Part shown: one piece after another, positions 1 to 11,510 of the stretch
How the letters are laid out: the number at the start of each line of letters is the position of its first letter
Position numbering within the stretch: position 1 is the stretch's first letter
Origin: Vicugna vicugna
Lineage: Eukaryota
NCBI GenBank assembly: GCA_013265495.1
Contig: MU059903.1
Coordinates: 434,001 to 498,000 of the forward strand
Direction of reading: 5' to 3'
Length of the DNA: 64,000 nucleotides
The notes under the pieces: generated by a model
The model's input: only the letters and a program-made list of their open reading frames with translations
Database searches by the model: none
What the model was told of the DNA's origin: nothing
Made by a program: the position numbers and the translations under genes

Positions 1-109
1 GATTTAAAACAGAAGGAAAAGAAGTGGTGTTTTGGATGGAGGACTCGGCAGTCTCACGAACCCTGCTCAAGGCCTGCGAGCACATTGGCGGGGATGCGCT
101 CCGCTGGGA

Positions 110-115
110 TTTATT
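110..115 (-). terminator. TEX29: Candidate poly(A) signal AATAAA for TEX29
   Basis: Plus-strand TTTATT at 110-115 reads AATAAA on the TEX29 strand, about 750 nt downstream of the last resolved donor (861). Its use is not demonstrated. Confidence 0.45.
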
Positions 116-860
116 CAAGAGCAAGTTTGGGGGGCGGGGTGGGTCTCTGCTGCCCCGCGTCTTTCCACTCGCTGCTGGGGGAGAAAGGCTTATTAAGAGG
201 GAGGAGTGGCGGTGCCTCGCTCTGCAGAGCGCATCCTGAGAAGGTGGGCAGCAGGCCTGCACGTCCGCCAGGGGCCACGTGCCGGTCCCAGAAGACGTCT
301 GGGCAGGCCACTCGCTGACCAGTAAAGCCACGTCTTGACGAGAGACCTAGACGGAGTCCCCGCACACACATCCCCCAGGACAGATCACTGAGGACGCTCT
401 GTAACCTGCCAGGGGCTCCCCCACGGACACAGAGCCACAGGCACTGGCCAAAGGCCACCTAAGAGGCCGAGTGACCAGACACGCAGCTGGCCTCCTGGAA
501 GCCAGAGCGGGCGGGACCCGGCACAGCCCCCCCGGTGCCACAGAAGAAGTGGCGCTGTCCCCCACCAGCACCCCACTGCCCACGCCCTGCACACGACACC
601 CAGCCTGAGGGGCCGGGGGGACGCAGAGCGGGGAGGGAAGGGGGAGGCTGTTTAAGGAGGAAACGGACTTGCAGGCAGGAAACTGCGCTGAGGGCAGAGT
701 CCACCTTGCAAACCCGAGACTCCTCATCAGAGAAGAGATGTTAGACTTTGGTCCAAACCAAAAAACAGATACAACTTGTCGAAGGGCCAGTGTGGCCCCC
801 GAGTGTCGCTGCCAGGTGCCAGCTCCAGAGGAGTGAGGCTGGGCCCATCCCCCGCCTTAC

Positions 861-1021
861 CATTCTCCCCGCTGGTGTCCCAGCTCTTGTGTGTCGGGTC
901 TGTGCTCGAAGCCTTCGACGCCGGCCGCTCAGCGGGGACCGTCTCAGCTTTAGTGCTGGGCTTGGATGACACAGGTATTTCCGTAGGGACTTCCTTTTCC
1001 CTCCACCTCTCTTGGACAACT
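861..1021 (-). CDS. TEX29: TEX29 coding exon 4 (cytoplasmic tail: R-VVQERWREKEVPTEIPVSSKPSTKAETVPAERPASKASSTDPTHKSWDTSGEN-G)
   Basis: Acceptor ctttccatcag|A, donor AATG|gtaagg. 161 nt, phase 2 in and phase 1 out, in frame with exon 1973-2042. Resembles the recalled human TEX29 segment RVIQESRKEKAIP. Confidence 0.85.
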
Positions 1022-1125
1022 CTGATGGAAAGAGTTTTTATCACAGTCAGAGAAACTAAGGATGGAAAACTCTATGGGCCGTCCAGCCCTCCACCAGGAT
1101 GTGTCCCTAAAAACACAGGGTTTGA

Positions 1126-1266
1126 GGGGCGGGAATAGCTCAGTGGTAGAGCGTGAGCTTAGTGTGCACAAGGTCCAGGGTTCAATCCCCAGCACCTCCA
1201 TTAATATAAACAAACCTAATTACCTCCCTCCAAAAAATAAATACATAAAAATAATTTTTAAAAAAA
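1126..1266 (+). mobile_element. tRNA-derived SINE (camelid Vic-1-like) in a TEX29 intron
   Basis: GGGGCGGGAATAGCTCAGTGGTAGAGCG (A box), GGGTTCAATCCCC (B box), then AAACCTAATTACCTCCC and an A-rich tail. No CCA-ended tRNA acceptor stem. Family name from recalled consensus. Confidence 0.8.
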
Positions 1267-1972
1267 TATGGTTTGTGGTCACATGTGTGTGTTTGCCAAG
1301 ATAAGTGCTTTGTCTTAATAGTCCCCACTTTTGTTTCTTATAAATGCTCCCAACAGATGCTCTGCACGTGGCATCCAGGCTCTCAAGACAGAGCAGGGCG
1401 TGGGGAAGGCATGTGCCCCGCACAGTCACAGCCTGGCATCTTCTGGAAGATGCCCCCCACCCCCGCACCACTCAGAGGAGGAAAACGGTGCTCGTCGTTG
1501 GACAAAGTGACTCAGCGAGTCTCATGGCTTTTACTTGTGTCACACAGCCCCACGGCCCCAAGGAAGGAGGCTGGATGCCAGTCCTGCCTGTGGATGACAG
1601 GCAGCTGTGGGGACCTGGCTGAGTGGGCGTCCTCACTGCCAGTGGGAGCTGGGGGACTCGTGTCCGAGCACACGTCTACAGCGCAGCCACCTCAGGCCGA
1701 GGGACACGGCCAGCCTTATGGGGACCAGTGGCCAGGGGTCTGCAGACACACGCTTGTGGGCTGTGAGGCTGAAGGGAATAAGCCTGCTTGGCGACGGCAG
1801 GTGTCATCAGATGCTCTGGTGTCGCTGTCAGGAGCGCTGGGGAAGTAGGCTGTCCTCCCGGCCCACCCGCGTTCTCGCAGGGCCCTCCTCGTCACCAACA
1901 TCACAGGCCGAGGAGCCCCCCCCGCCCCCCCACTAAGGTGGCAGGTGAGTTTGGAAGAACACAAGCGCTGAC

Positions 1973-2042
1973 CTGCAGATCACGGTGATAATGAAGGCCC
2001 CGGCGATGACCACGACCAAGGCAGAAAACACCTGCACGTAAA
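1973..2042 (-). CDS. TEX29: TEX29 coding exon 3 (transmembrane helix: I-YVQVFSALVVVIAGAFIITVIC-R)
   Basis: Acceptor ctgttttccag|TT, donor TGCAG|gtcagc. 70 nt, phase 1 in and phase 2 out. Hydrophobic stretch matches the recalled human [24 protein letters not shown]. Missed by the ORF track. Confidence 0.9.
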
Positions 2043-3031
2043 CTGGAAAACAGTGTCGCTCACCCCTGGTCCAGGTCCCTCCTGCTCCCGGAGGCAGCTG
2101 CGCCCTCCACCGCCCCCTCGGCCCGGCTCAGCCCTGAGCACCAGCCTCTCCACGTTGTCCCTCAGGACCGTCCCCTGAGGGCAGTGGTGGGAGAGCCGCC
2201 CTCTCCTGTCCCCCAGAAACAGCCCAAGCGGCCCCCTGGCCTCGAGACCACACCCTGCCCCCTGCTCCCCGGAAATGGCTCCTTAATAGTCAGGTCAGTT
2301 GTCACAAAATTGAGTACTAGGAGATGCCTTGGGGCGACAAATTCCACAGGTCTGATTTCAAATTTCACCGACTGAGCTTTCCTTTGTTAACATGGGGCTC
2401 GCACGGCCCCAAACTGCCCACGTCGTCCCTAAACCCCCCAACAGAAGACCTGGAGGCTTTTGGGGTGACTCTTAGTGGGGGCCACTACCCCCGCGGCTCC
2501 CTGTGTGGGGGCATCATTTGGTGTGAATTGTCGGCCCCTCCCGGGTCCAGGGGAAAGGAGAGGCAGGAGAGGCCGGGGTGCCGCCCCCCGAGCCCTGGGG
2601 ATTCTCCACCGCAGGGGCCCTCTCGGTGCCCGGCTCTCAGGCTGGCCCGGGGGACCAGCCTCCCTGGAGGACGGGTGGTGGCCTCGCGTCCGCTGGCCGA
2701 CCCAGGACTCACTCGGGCAGACTGGAGGGGCGTTCTGCACGAGCGCCGCCCCAGGGAGGCCTAACTCAAACAGCATTCTCCCCCGTTTTCATCCTGCGTG
2801 TTGTCCTCATGGGGCAGGTGTAAGGACTCAAGGACGGCACGCCGACGTGGTCGTTAGCGCGCAGGCCTCACTGGGCCTCCGTCATCGCTGGGCTGCCAGC
2901 CACCTTCCACGCTCTCGAAGGATGGGGCCGGCTTGCCTGCAGATGCCTATCTCGAGGGCCACGAGTCCCCCACGGCCTCCTCCCGCGGGGCTGTTTCCCC
3001 GGAGCCCCGCACTAGGAGGGGCGTCCTCGCT

Positions 3032-3512
3032 GGTGCACTCGCCTCCCGCGGCGCCGCAGTGGAGCAGCACGCCCCAGGGGGTTACACTGCAGGAATTCCT
3101 TGTCTCGCAGTCTGGAGGCCGGAAGTCCCAGGTCAAGGTGTCGACAGAGCTGGGCTCCCTCTGATGCCCTGGGGGGTCGGGGAGGGGAAACTTCTTTGCT
3201 TCTTCCGGCCTCTGTGGTCCCCGGAATCCTGAGCTTCTGGATGCCTCACCCCGTCTCGGGCTCCGTCACCACATGGCCACCCCCATCCCTGAGTGGTGTC
3301 TTCACGTGGGGTCCTCCTCCGTGTCTGTGTGTCTGCGTCTCCCCTTACAAGACACGGGTCATGTTGGAATGAGGGCCCACCTGGTTCCAGTGGGACCCCG
3401 TCTTAATTCACTGCGTCTGCAAAGACCTCGTATCCAAGTAAGGCCACATTCTCAGGTACCAGAGGATGGGACTTCAGCATCAGTCCTTGGGGGACACAAG
3501 TCAACCCGCAAC
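3032..3512 (-). mobile_element. MaLR solo LTR, MLT1C-like
   Basis: Diagnostic blocks ctggaggccggaagtcccaggtcaaggtgtcg, tctgcaaagacc...ccaagtaaggccacattc and ggggacacaagtcaacccgcaaca match the recalled reverse complement of MLT1. Boundaries approximate. Confidence 0.7.
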
Positions 3513-3899
3513 ACCAGGAGAGCCATGGCCGTAGAGGACGCGATGGCCCCTGGGACCTGCGCTGGCCGGACGGACCTGCAGGACCTCTGGGAATGGTGAG
3601 GCTGCAGGGGCCCTTTATGCGGAGCTGACGTCAGGAAACAGAAAGGGCTTGAAGCCGAGCCCAGGGGCTCGGGGACCAGCGGTGAAGCACATGGCGGGCA
3701 CCCCGGGATCAGGAGTCCGCGGGAGAGGACAGAGGGGAGGGCGGCTCTGGGCTGTGTCGTGCTGGGTACAGCCTTGTTCCCCTACACAACCACCAGACTA
3801 GGAAGCCTCCTGTTGCAGGTCCCTTCTCACCAGCTGCTCTTCTCTTTCAACAATGCCTTTCCCGCGGAAATGTATTCACCTGGGTTCACCCTCGAATCT

Positions 3900-4339
3900 C
3901 CAGGGCCGCCTCCAAGATGCCCCCAGTGATTCTCACCTCCTGGCATTTACCCCGTGGTGTAGGCGCTCCCACAGTGGAGAGGCTGACCTCTGAAGCAGGG
4001 GCACTGCAGTGGGACGTGACCCCCAAGGAGGGTCAGAATCACTGTGGCTTCTGCCCTGGGCTGTCCTGATTGCTTGCTCCAGGGAAGACATCTCGTGTCA
4101 TAGGACATGCAAAGGGACCTTGTGACAAGGAGAAGGGCTTCTTATGAGCTCCCAGGGCCTAGCCACCTGGAATTAGATAGTCCAGCCCCGGCCAGCCTTC
4201 TGATGACCACAGCCTCCTGGTGTCCTGACTGTAGCCTCAGGAGGCACCTGAGCCCAAACCACCCAGCTAAGCCTCTTAAGCTGTTGCTTTAAGCCACTAA
4301 ATTCTGGGTCGCTCGTCACAGACTGATAGATAACTAACA
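3900..4339 (+). mobile_element. MaLR solo LTR, MLT1E/F-like
   Basis: cctccaagatgcccccagtgattctcacctcctggcatt at the 5' end. aaaccacccagctaagcc...tgctttaagccactaaattctggg...gataactaaca at the 3' end. Confidence 0.65.
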
Positions 4340-7300
4340 TGGGGCATATCGTCAGCACTGGCATAACATACACATTAAATGATGTTGGATGAACTGAACG
4401 GAAATGAACAAATTCAGTGAAAGAATGAATTAGGAGCTTTTAAGGGAGAAGAAGGCAACCCTCGAATTTTTGAATTCCAGAGGGTACATATTCCTTAATG
4501 TGATTCTGTGTCCTGGTTCACGAAAGAAATTCAGAATTTGTATGTCAGCGAAGTTAGACCGACGTGTATTCAGTCAATGATTGAGTATTCAGCCGTCAGC
4601 GCATCTCTATATGTGCGAGCATTTTCTGTCCTTGCGGTCAGGTTCCCAGAGGCAGAGGCTAAATTTCCGGGACTCGCCCCCGCCTCTCGGCACGGCCTCC
4701 GGCAGCACCCCGCTTGTCAGGAGCACAGTGCACGAGCGCTCGCACACCACGTGCTGTGACCGGTCACTCGGAAGGAGCCGCAACCGAGGAGAGCGTGCTC
4801 CCGAAGGGGAGTCCCTTGGTCAGTTCTTCCCCCAAATACAGGTAAACAAAAGTTTTGGCACCGTCATGAAGCCCCATGAAGAACCTGAAGGCAGGCACCG
4901 GGGAGAAACGACAGCTCGCACAGCGCCCTCCAAGCCAAGACCGAAGGACGGAGGCGAGGCATGCTCTTTGAACTCCCGGGCCTTTCCCAAAGAGCTCATG
5001 CTAATTCCCCAAGTTCATATTCTTAATAATACAGATTACACCATCACACAACGTGTGCTTCAAACCAGCCAATTTAAGAAGTTGGTGAAAGGTTTTCATA
5101 ACATGGAATTATGTGCACAAAGAACTCATGACGCCCTGTCACCCAATACTGCAACTTACACAGCACAAAGGCTCGCTCGCAGTCTTGAATGGGAAAGATG
5201 TCAAAGAAGTGGAAAATAATTGAGGGCACAATGAGACACCACGTGCAGGGCTCGCTGCCCAGACCCCTCCCACGGCGGCCCAACCCCTCAAGCTTGAAAG
5301 AAGTCACAGGAAAAGCCCAGCCCACACAGCTCGCTTATTCGAACTGAAAGGACTGGAAGCAGGCTGACACTTGCCTCCAGGGAAAACGGCCCACCCACCG
5401 GCTGAGCCGTGAGCCCTCTCCAACCACAGAAGTTTTTGGAGTCTGTGTCCTTTTCCTGGTTCCTTAAGGACACTAATAATTAAGGTGTTACAAAGAATAA
5501 GTTTCATTTTTTTCAAATAAATGACAGGCATAAGGAGATTGTATTAATTTAAATGATGTCTGAAATACTAACATTTGCAAAATGGCCAACTCCCACATAA
5601 GACGCTGAGGAGCAGATGTCCAGGGGACAGGACAGGCGAAAAGCAAAGAAACGGCAGCGGCGTCTCGGATTTCTGTTCCTTTGCTGGCGACCGTCTTCCT
5701 TGAGTGGCCCATCTCCTGAGATCCGAGTGAGCTGGGGTAATGAAGGACCACGGACTGTGACCGGTGACTGTGACCTGACCCGGGAACTGAACGTCTTCTG
5801 CACCTTTGTGTGCGGGAGACTGAAAGAGCAAGCACACACGCCCCCACGATGTTCCCGTTTCCTGCTCTTGGGAGCCCCCGTGGTAAGTGTCTCAAAAAAC
5901 CAGCTCGTTGCCTTGGATGCGGAGGCCTCTAAGAGGCGAGGCTTCTTGATGGAAGAAGAGGGCTGGCTGGAAACCATCTGCTCTCCCGAGTAAGATGCGT
6001 GCAAGTCAAACCGCCAAAACCACAGAACAACAACAAAAAGACGACAACTTGCAAAAAGCATCAAATTATGGCCAAACCACCACGTGGGTCCACGAAGCCA
6101 GCCTCGGGAGTGGCTGTCACGTCCGCCGGAGCATGAGAGGCCGGGATGCCGCAAGATGGCAGCTCGTCCAGCGACGGAGGCCCTGAGGCGAGCCAGGCCC
6201 CGAGTGGGATGCTGGCTGGAGGCTGTGGGTTACGATGTGACGGGTGGAGGCCGTCTTCCCGGCGCAGCTCTGACTTCCCAGTTGTGTAAGCTGGACCCGA
6301 GAGCTGCTGGGGCCCAGAATTAATGTTCAAAAACAGCAGAGAAGGAGCCCCTCCTCCAACTCAAATGCCCTCTCCATGGAAGCACTGGGACAAGGGCAAA
6401 ATGGCCAGAAGGAAGTGTCTCGGGATTCTGGAAGCTCACCGCGAGCGTGCAGCCGCCGGCTCGCTCCGGATGTCTTTGCCTGGCCTGACCGGGAGCTCAG
6501 TGCGAGCGGCCCTTCCCTCAGCCGCTGGCTGAAGGCAGTCAGCCGCAGCCTGGAGAGTCAAGACGGCTGGCGTGGCAGGCGGTCGTCCGGGCAAACGTCA
6601 GGCTGACCAACGGCTAAAAGGGGAACTCTTGGGGGTGATCTGTCTACGGGGAGGTTTGGAAAGCAGTGACACGTTCCTTGGAGTCTAGAAGCTGGGGAGC
6701 ACGTCCCGGGCTGGGAACACCCCCAGGAAAGGCCCGCCCAGGCTCTAAGCTCACACTGCTGGGTGCCCTTGAGTTTATGTGCAAGCGTGAAGGCAAGATG
6801 AAGGGAGCTCTGGAAACCCTCGGGCTGAGCGTTGAAGGGGAGCCCAACACACACACAGGGCCCTCGGCAAAGACTGGGGAGGCACTGTCCCAGGCATCTG
6901 TGGAGATTTCTGTCCAGCCATTAGCTGACCACGGGGCTAACACCACAGGGAATACAGATGCTGGACAATTGGTTCAGAAAAGTCACCAAACAAGGACAAC
7001 AACACGCAGCAACACGAGGTCCTGGGAGGCCGGAGACCCTGACTTTCAGAGTTGCTATATTGTATTATTTAAGATGTCGGTTTTCAACAAAAACTGGCAT
7101 CGGGAAATCCTCCCAGATGTGAGGGGCGTTTGCTGTGGCCTGTTTTTCAGTCAGACAGATTCCTCTTTCGCCCCAAGTGCCGAATCTTCACCATAAAGGA
7201 AGGCGGACATCCCCCTTCGGGTGAACCCCGATCCTGCCAATGCTGTAGCTGCTTGAGTTGTCTTCCCCGCGATACCGCTTTCCTGAGGAGCTGGTCTAAG

Positions 7301-7861
7301 GTTTGGCGTCTGGGGGCTGGCACTGTCCCAGCGGACAGCGTCTGACCTCCAGTGTCCAGGCCAAGAGGGCAGACTCAGCCTTGTCCCTGGGGGCTCAGCC
7401 CGGCTGGGACGCAGAGGGAGACGAGGGAGGAAGGCGCCCTGGAAAGCCCTGGGACACAGGTGCTCCTGTGACTCCCGGGGTGCCAGAGGCCGGGGAGAGG
7501 ACCGGGCAGGGAGGGCGCGGGACCATTTTCCAGAGCCCTGGAGCTGCTGAGTACCCACGGGCTGTGTGTCCGGGGGCAGCCACCCCTCCCTGAGCCAGTG
7601 GCTTTGGTGGAACTGTTCCTTCACACCCAGCTTCCTACGCCCCCCAGAACGGCCAGCCCTTCAAAAAGGAGGGCTCCCAAAGCAGCCTCCTCAACCGCAA
7701 GCGGACTTTCTCCACTTGCCTAAACAGCCTGCGCCCCAGCCCCAGCCCCGCAGGCCTTCCCGCCCCCGCTGCACAGAGCAGGGCGGGTGACCAGGGGAGG
7801 GCAGCGGAAGCCCGTCCAGCAGTGCTGACCCGGGCGAGGGAAGCAGGTGGCTCGGGGCTCA

Positions 7862-8062
<201 letters not shown>

Positions 8063-9373
8063 CTAAGGAATGCGGGGCTGGGAGTGGGAGCTGGTGGCTG
8101 TGTGTTGTGGGTTTAATTATGCGTCACACAAATCTCACTTTGAAACGTGAATCTGGAATGAATTAGATTCTGAACAAAATAACACAAGTTAATCACACAG
8201 AACCACGCAGGGTCCGCTGACGAAGGAGAGCTGGCCGGGCTCAGCGCCGGACGAAGGGGCCGGGAGACGGAGACCTCACACCACGGCTCTTCAGGGGTTT
8301 GGCCAGGAACGTGCTACTAATTCACATTTAAGCACCCAGCGAGTTAAAGTTATCAACATGGGCTGAGGAGTATTTCAGAATTTAAAAGCTGAGCAAAAGG
8401 ACGGCAAGTTGAAGTTCAGGGAGGCGCAGGCAGGGCAGGGCAGCGGAGGGCTCAGCCCCGAGCGCCTGCTGGGCCGCTGCCGGGGGCGGGGGGAGGGCCC
8501 CCCGGAGGGCCCCCCACCCCCCCGAGCCTCCAGCGACGCCTGCCTTCCTCCGGGGCTTTAGTCTCTCAGACTCAGGGATTCTGGAGAAACTCAGTGCCCC
8601 TCCCGCCCTTTCCTCCCTGTCCCAAGACACCCCCACTCCAGGTTTGCCAAATCCGTCGCCATGGCCTCCCTGCCAGCCAGGGTTGGGAGGGGAGCGGAGG
8701 GGAGGGGACAGCCTCTGCCGCCGGTGCGCAGACACAAGGCTGACAGAGTCCGAGGACGAGAGGCCCGAGGCTGGCCCCCTCCCACACCGCTGGCCCTCCG
8801 ACAGCCGGGCCTCAGAAGCCAGAGCCCAGCCTGCTGACCTGGGGGCGGGCTGGCCCCCAGGGGCCCCGCGGTCACAGGGCAGGCACTCGGAGCCTGGGAG
8901 TGTGAGGGAACGAGGGCTGTGCTGGGTTTTGCTCAAGTGCATCTGGGCTGCAGGGATCCCCTTGGGGTGGGTTTTCTTTAAGTTCTATTTTCTTCTGTTA
9001 TGACACCAGCCCCTCTGCAGAGACCTCGTGGTCCCCACGTTCAAGGGGAGGAAGTGAGGATGCTGGTTCTGAACGTCGCGGGCAGCTGAGGGGGAGGAAG
9101 TCGCAGGGCTGTCCTGCACACCTGTACCCGAGACGGCCCCGGATGGGGCTGCAAGGACGTAGCCCTGAGGCCACACCCCGTCCCCTTCTCGCTGCAGGAG
9201 ACCAAGATGTGTGCAAAGAGGCTTCCCACGGCGTCGGGGAAGAACCGGGCCCTGGTCACCGGTTCCAGGCTCGCCTTCTGTGCTGCTCGCTCAGGCCCCA
9301 GTGCACCCGCCACCTCCTCCGAGCCGGCTTCTGAGGGCTTCCCTCCGGCCCCGTGGTGGCCCCACCTCCCTAC

Positions 9374-9431
9374 CTGCAAACTTCTTCAGGAGGTGCGACG
9401 GGGACTTCTTGAATTCTGGTGCATATCTCAT
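9374..9431 (-). CDS. TEX29: TEX29 first coding exon (MRYAPEFKKSPSHLLKKFA-V); the exon extends as 5' UTR to an acceptor at 9468
   Basis: ATG at 9431-9429, donor GCAG|gtaggg at 9374, upstream acceptor ctctccccccag|gtgccc at 9468. 58 coding nt, phase 1, joins exon 7900-8010 in frame. Resembles the recalled human [20 protein letters not shown]. Confidence 0.88.
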
Positions 9432-9717
9432 TGTAGTGGTTGAAGGTCAGGCGGGGGCTCAAGGGCACCTGGGGGGAGAGCAGGTTAGCACGGGGGACCT
9501 CGTGGACGGGCTGCTGCTGCAGTCAGTGCCAGGATGGAGGTGGCCAGGCTGAGCCTGGGTGGGGGCAGTCTTCACCTGTCAGGCATGTCCCCCACTGAGC
9601 CCTGGACACACGTCTCTCAGTCACACTCCAGGTGGACAACAGCTTTTAGACCAAACAAGAAACTGACCACCACCTCCCTCCTGCTGCTCCCAGCCAGTGG
9701 AAGGTCCGCTCTGCCCG

Positions 9718-9750
9718 CTGTGATGTCACACAGGCCTGGTGACATCACAG
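9718..9750. repeat. 33-bp near-perfect palindrome CTGTGATGTCAC-A-CAGGCCTG-GTGACATCACAG
   Basis: Perfect 12-bp inverted arms (9718-9729 and 9739-9750) around an 8-bp self-complementary core plus one unpaired A. Confidence 0.9.
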
Positions 9751-10781
9751 AGGGTCAGACAGGGGTGGAAGATCCCTGCAGCCTCCAGACCCCACACCTG
9801 AGCCCCTTTTCTGAGCAACACTTACCCCACTGCCCGGCCAGGCTCACCTTCAGAACCAAGTCCAGCAAGGATGAAGCAGCAGCAAGGGCAAAGGCCCTGG
9901 GGTGAGGCAGCCCAGCAAAGCTGAGAACCCGGAGGAGGCTGTGTGGCGTGAGGGGAGGCAGGCAGAGGACAGACACAGATCACAGGCACGCATGAGAGCA
10001 CCGTGGGCCTTTGGCCTTCGCGCTGAGTGAGGCCTGGGCGTTAGGGCAGGATTTGGTGCAGAGAGAAACTGAATCACACACTAACACGTCATCCCGGCTA
10101 TGCTGAAAACAGACCCTGCGGTGGCAAGAGCAAGCCTGGGGAACGGCACAGAGACCCGGAGAAGATCAAAGGTGGGACCGGCTAGTGACAGCTGATGCTT
10201 CTCGGACGTCCTCAGAGTCAGGACTGGACATGGTGAGGGGGGAGCTGGGCTGGACGGTGGAGCTGCCATGTTCAGGGTGGACACTGGGCTCTGAGCAGAC
10301 AGGTCAGCAGACATTTCCCCTCTGGTCGGGGCTGAGGTCCTGGAGGGCGGCCACCAGCAGACTGGGGGTGGGGGAGCGGGCCGTTGAGGCAGGCGTGGCC
10401 ACGTTCCAGGAGAGAGGATGAAAACATGGGAGGGTGGAGAATGGAGCCTGAACTGCTCAGGCCCAGGGGTGAGGGGCTTGGGAGAGGAGCTCAGGGTCGG
10501 AGCTGTGGCCGGAGCCCAGGTGTGTGTGTGACTCAGGGAGCAGGTAGCCGAGACCAAGAAAGTCAAGGTCATTGAAGGTCATGGGCGATGGGAGAAGGAG
10601 CAAGGAAGCCCAGGGAGGGGAGGAGGACAGGAAATGGGGTCAGCCAGGGACGGCTCAGAGCCTGCGGGGCCGCCGGAGTGATCTGAAGCCTTGGGCTCCG
10701 GCCGTGGAACGCGCAGAGCAGGCCTGGCCTCGCCTCCCTGGCTCCTGCGAGATGGAAGCGGCTTTGGCAGCCTCTTTGTTA

Positions 10782-10855
10782 TCATGTGACCAAGCTTCTC
10801 TGGCTTCAGCTTCCTGGTCTGAATCGAGGGTGATGACATTTACCCATTGGTGTTA
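10782..10855 (+). mobile_element. MIR core fragment
   Basis: tgtgacc...ttctctggcttcagcttcctggtctg...gggtgatgac resembles the MIR core (tgtgacc...ctcagtttcctcatctgtaaaatggggataat). Confidence 0.4.
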
Positions 10856-10947
10856 CTGTCACCCAGTAACGATGCGCAGCGATGGTCCAGCTGGGGGGTC
10901 AGGGCAGGCGTCTGCTGTCCAACAGCCCCCGGGGCTGCACCACTCTC

Positions 10948-11510
10948 CACTGTGGACAATTCACCCGTCTGAAGTGTGTGCTCAGTGTGTGACCATGGCG
11001 TCCACACGGTTTGCAGCCACCACCACAGCATACTCCCGTCAGCCCAGGAAGAGGCCGTGTGCCCACAAGCGGCCACCCCACATCCCCCACCCCTCCCAAA
11101 GTGACCACGAATCCACCGCGAGTCCGGGGCTGCACCTGTGAACACGCCCTGCCCCGTCAGAGGAGCTGCACAGCACGGGCCGGTGTCTGTGTCCGGCTTC
11201 TTCCACCTGCCCGTGTTCCAGACACACCCGGCGGTGCCGGAGCCCCACTCCCTCCGGGTCTGGGTGCTATTCCAGTGCACGGGTGGACATCACTTCCCTG
11301 TTTGTCCGTGGGTGGACACCTGGGCCGTTTCCACTTTAGTGGCCATCGTGGGCGAAGCCGCCGTGGACGTCCACGTACGAGTTTTGTGTACATGTGCGTT
11401 GTGACTCCCCTCAGGTGCACACCTGGAGTGGGCTCGTGAGTTGGAATAACTCAAGGCTAACCTTGACTGTTTCCCAGAGTGGCTGCCCCGCTTGGCGTTC
11501 CCACCAGGAA
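10948..11510 (-). mobile_element. Old L1 (L1MB-like) 3' end fossil, strongly GC-shifted
   Basis: Colinear blocks: gcagccaccaccac, tgtgtccggcttcttccac, tattccagtgcacgggtggacatcac, ggacacctgggccgtttccacttt, tttcccagagtggctgc, ttcccaccag. These follow the antisense L1 ORF2-end/3' UTR consensus in order. Confidence 0.7.

Noticed and set aside
1126-1200. Possible tRNA gene (A and B boxes)
   Set aside because: It continues into a SINE-type body and A-rich tail, and the anticodon arm and acceptor stem are not intact. Called a SINE.
2162-2368. ORF containing PRHLL, reminiscent of the TEX29 N-terminus
   Set aside because: No ATG, no usable splice sites, and in the wrong order relative to the other exons. 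The real first coding exon is 9374-9431.
2475-3164. Long Pro/Arg/Gly-rich ORFs (also 4581-5219, 8382-8942, 30878-31585, 41549-42253, 45597-46178)
   Set aside because: Low-information ORFs overlapping on several frames and both strands, as expected where stop codons are rare. No recognisable domain.
10240-10620. Possible L2 antisense fragment
   Set aside because: Similarity to the recalled consensus is too weak to call without an alignment.
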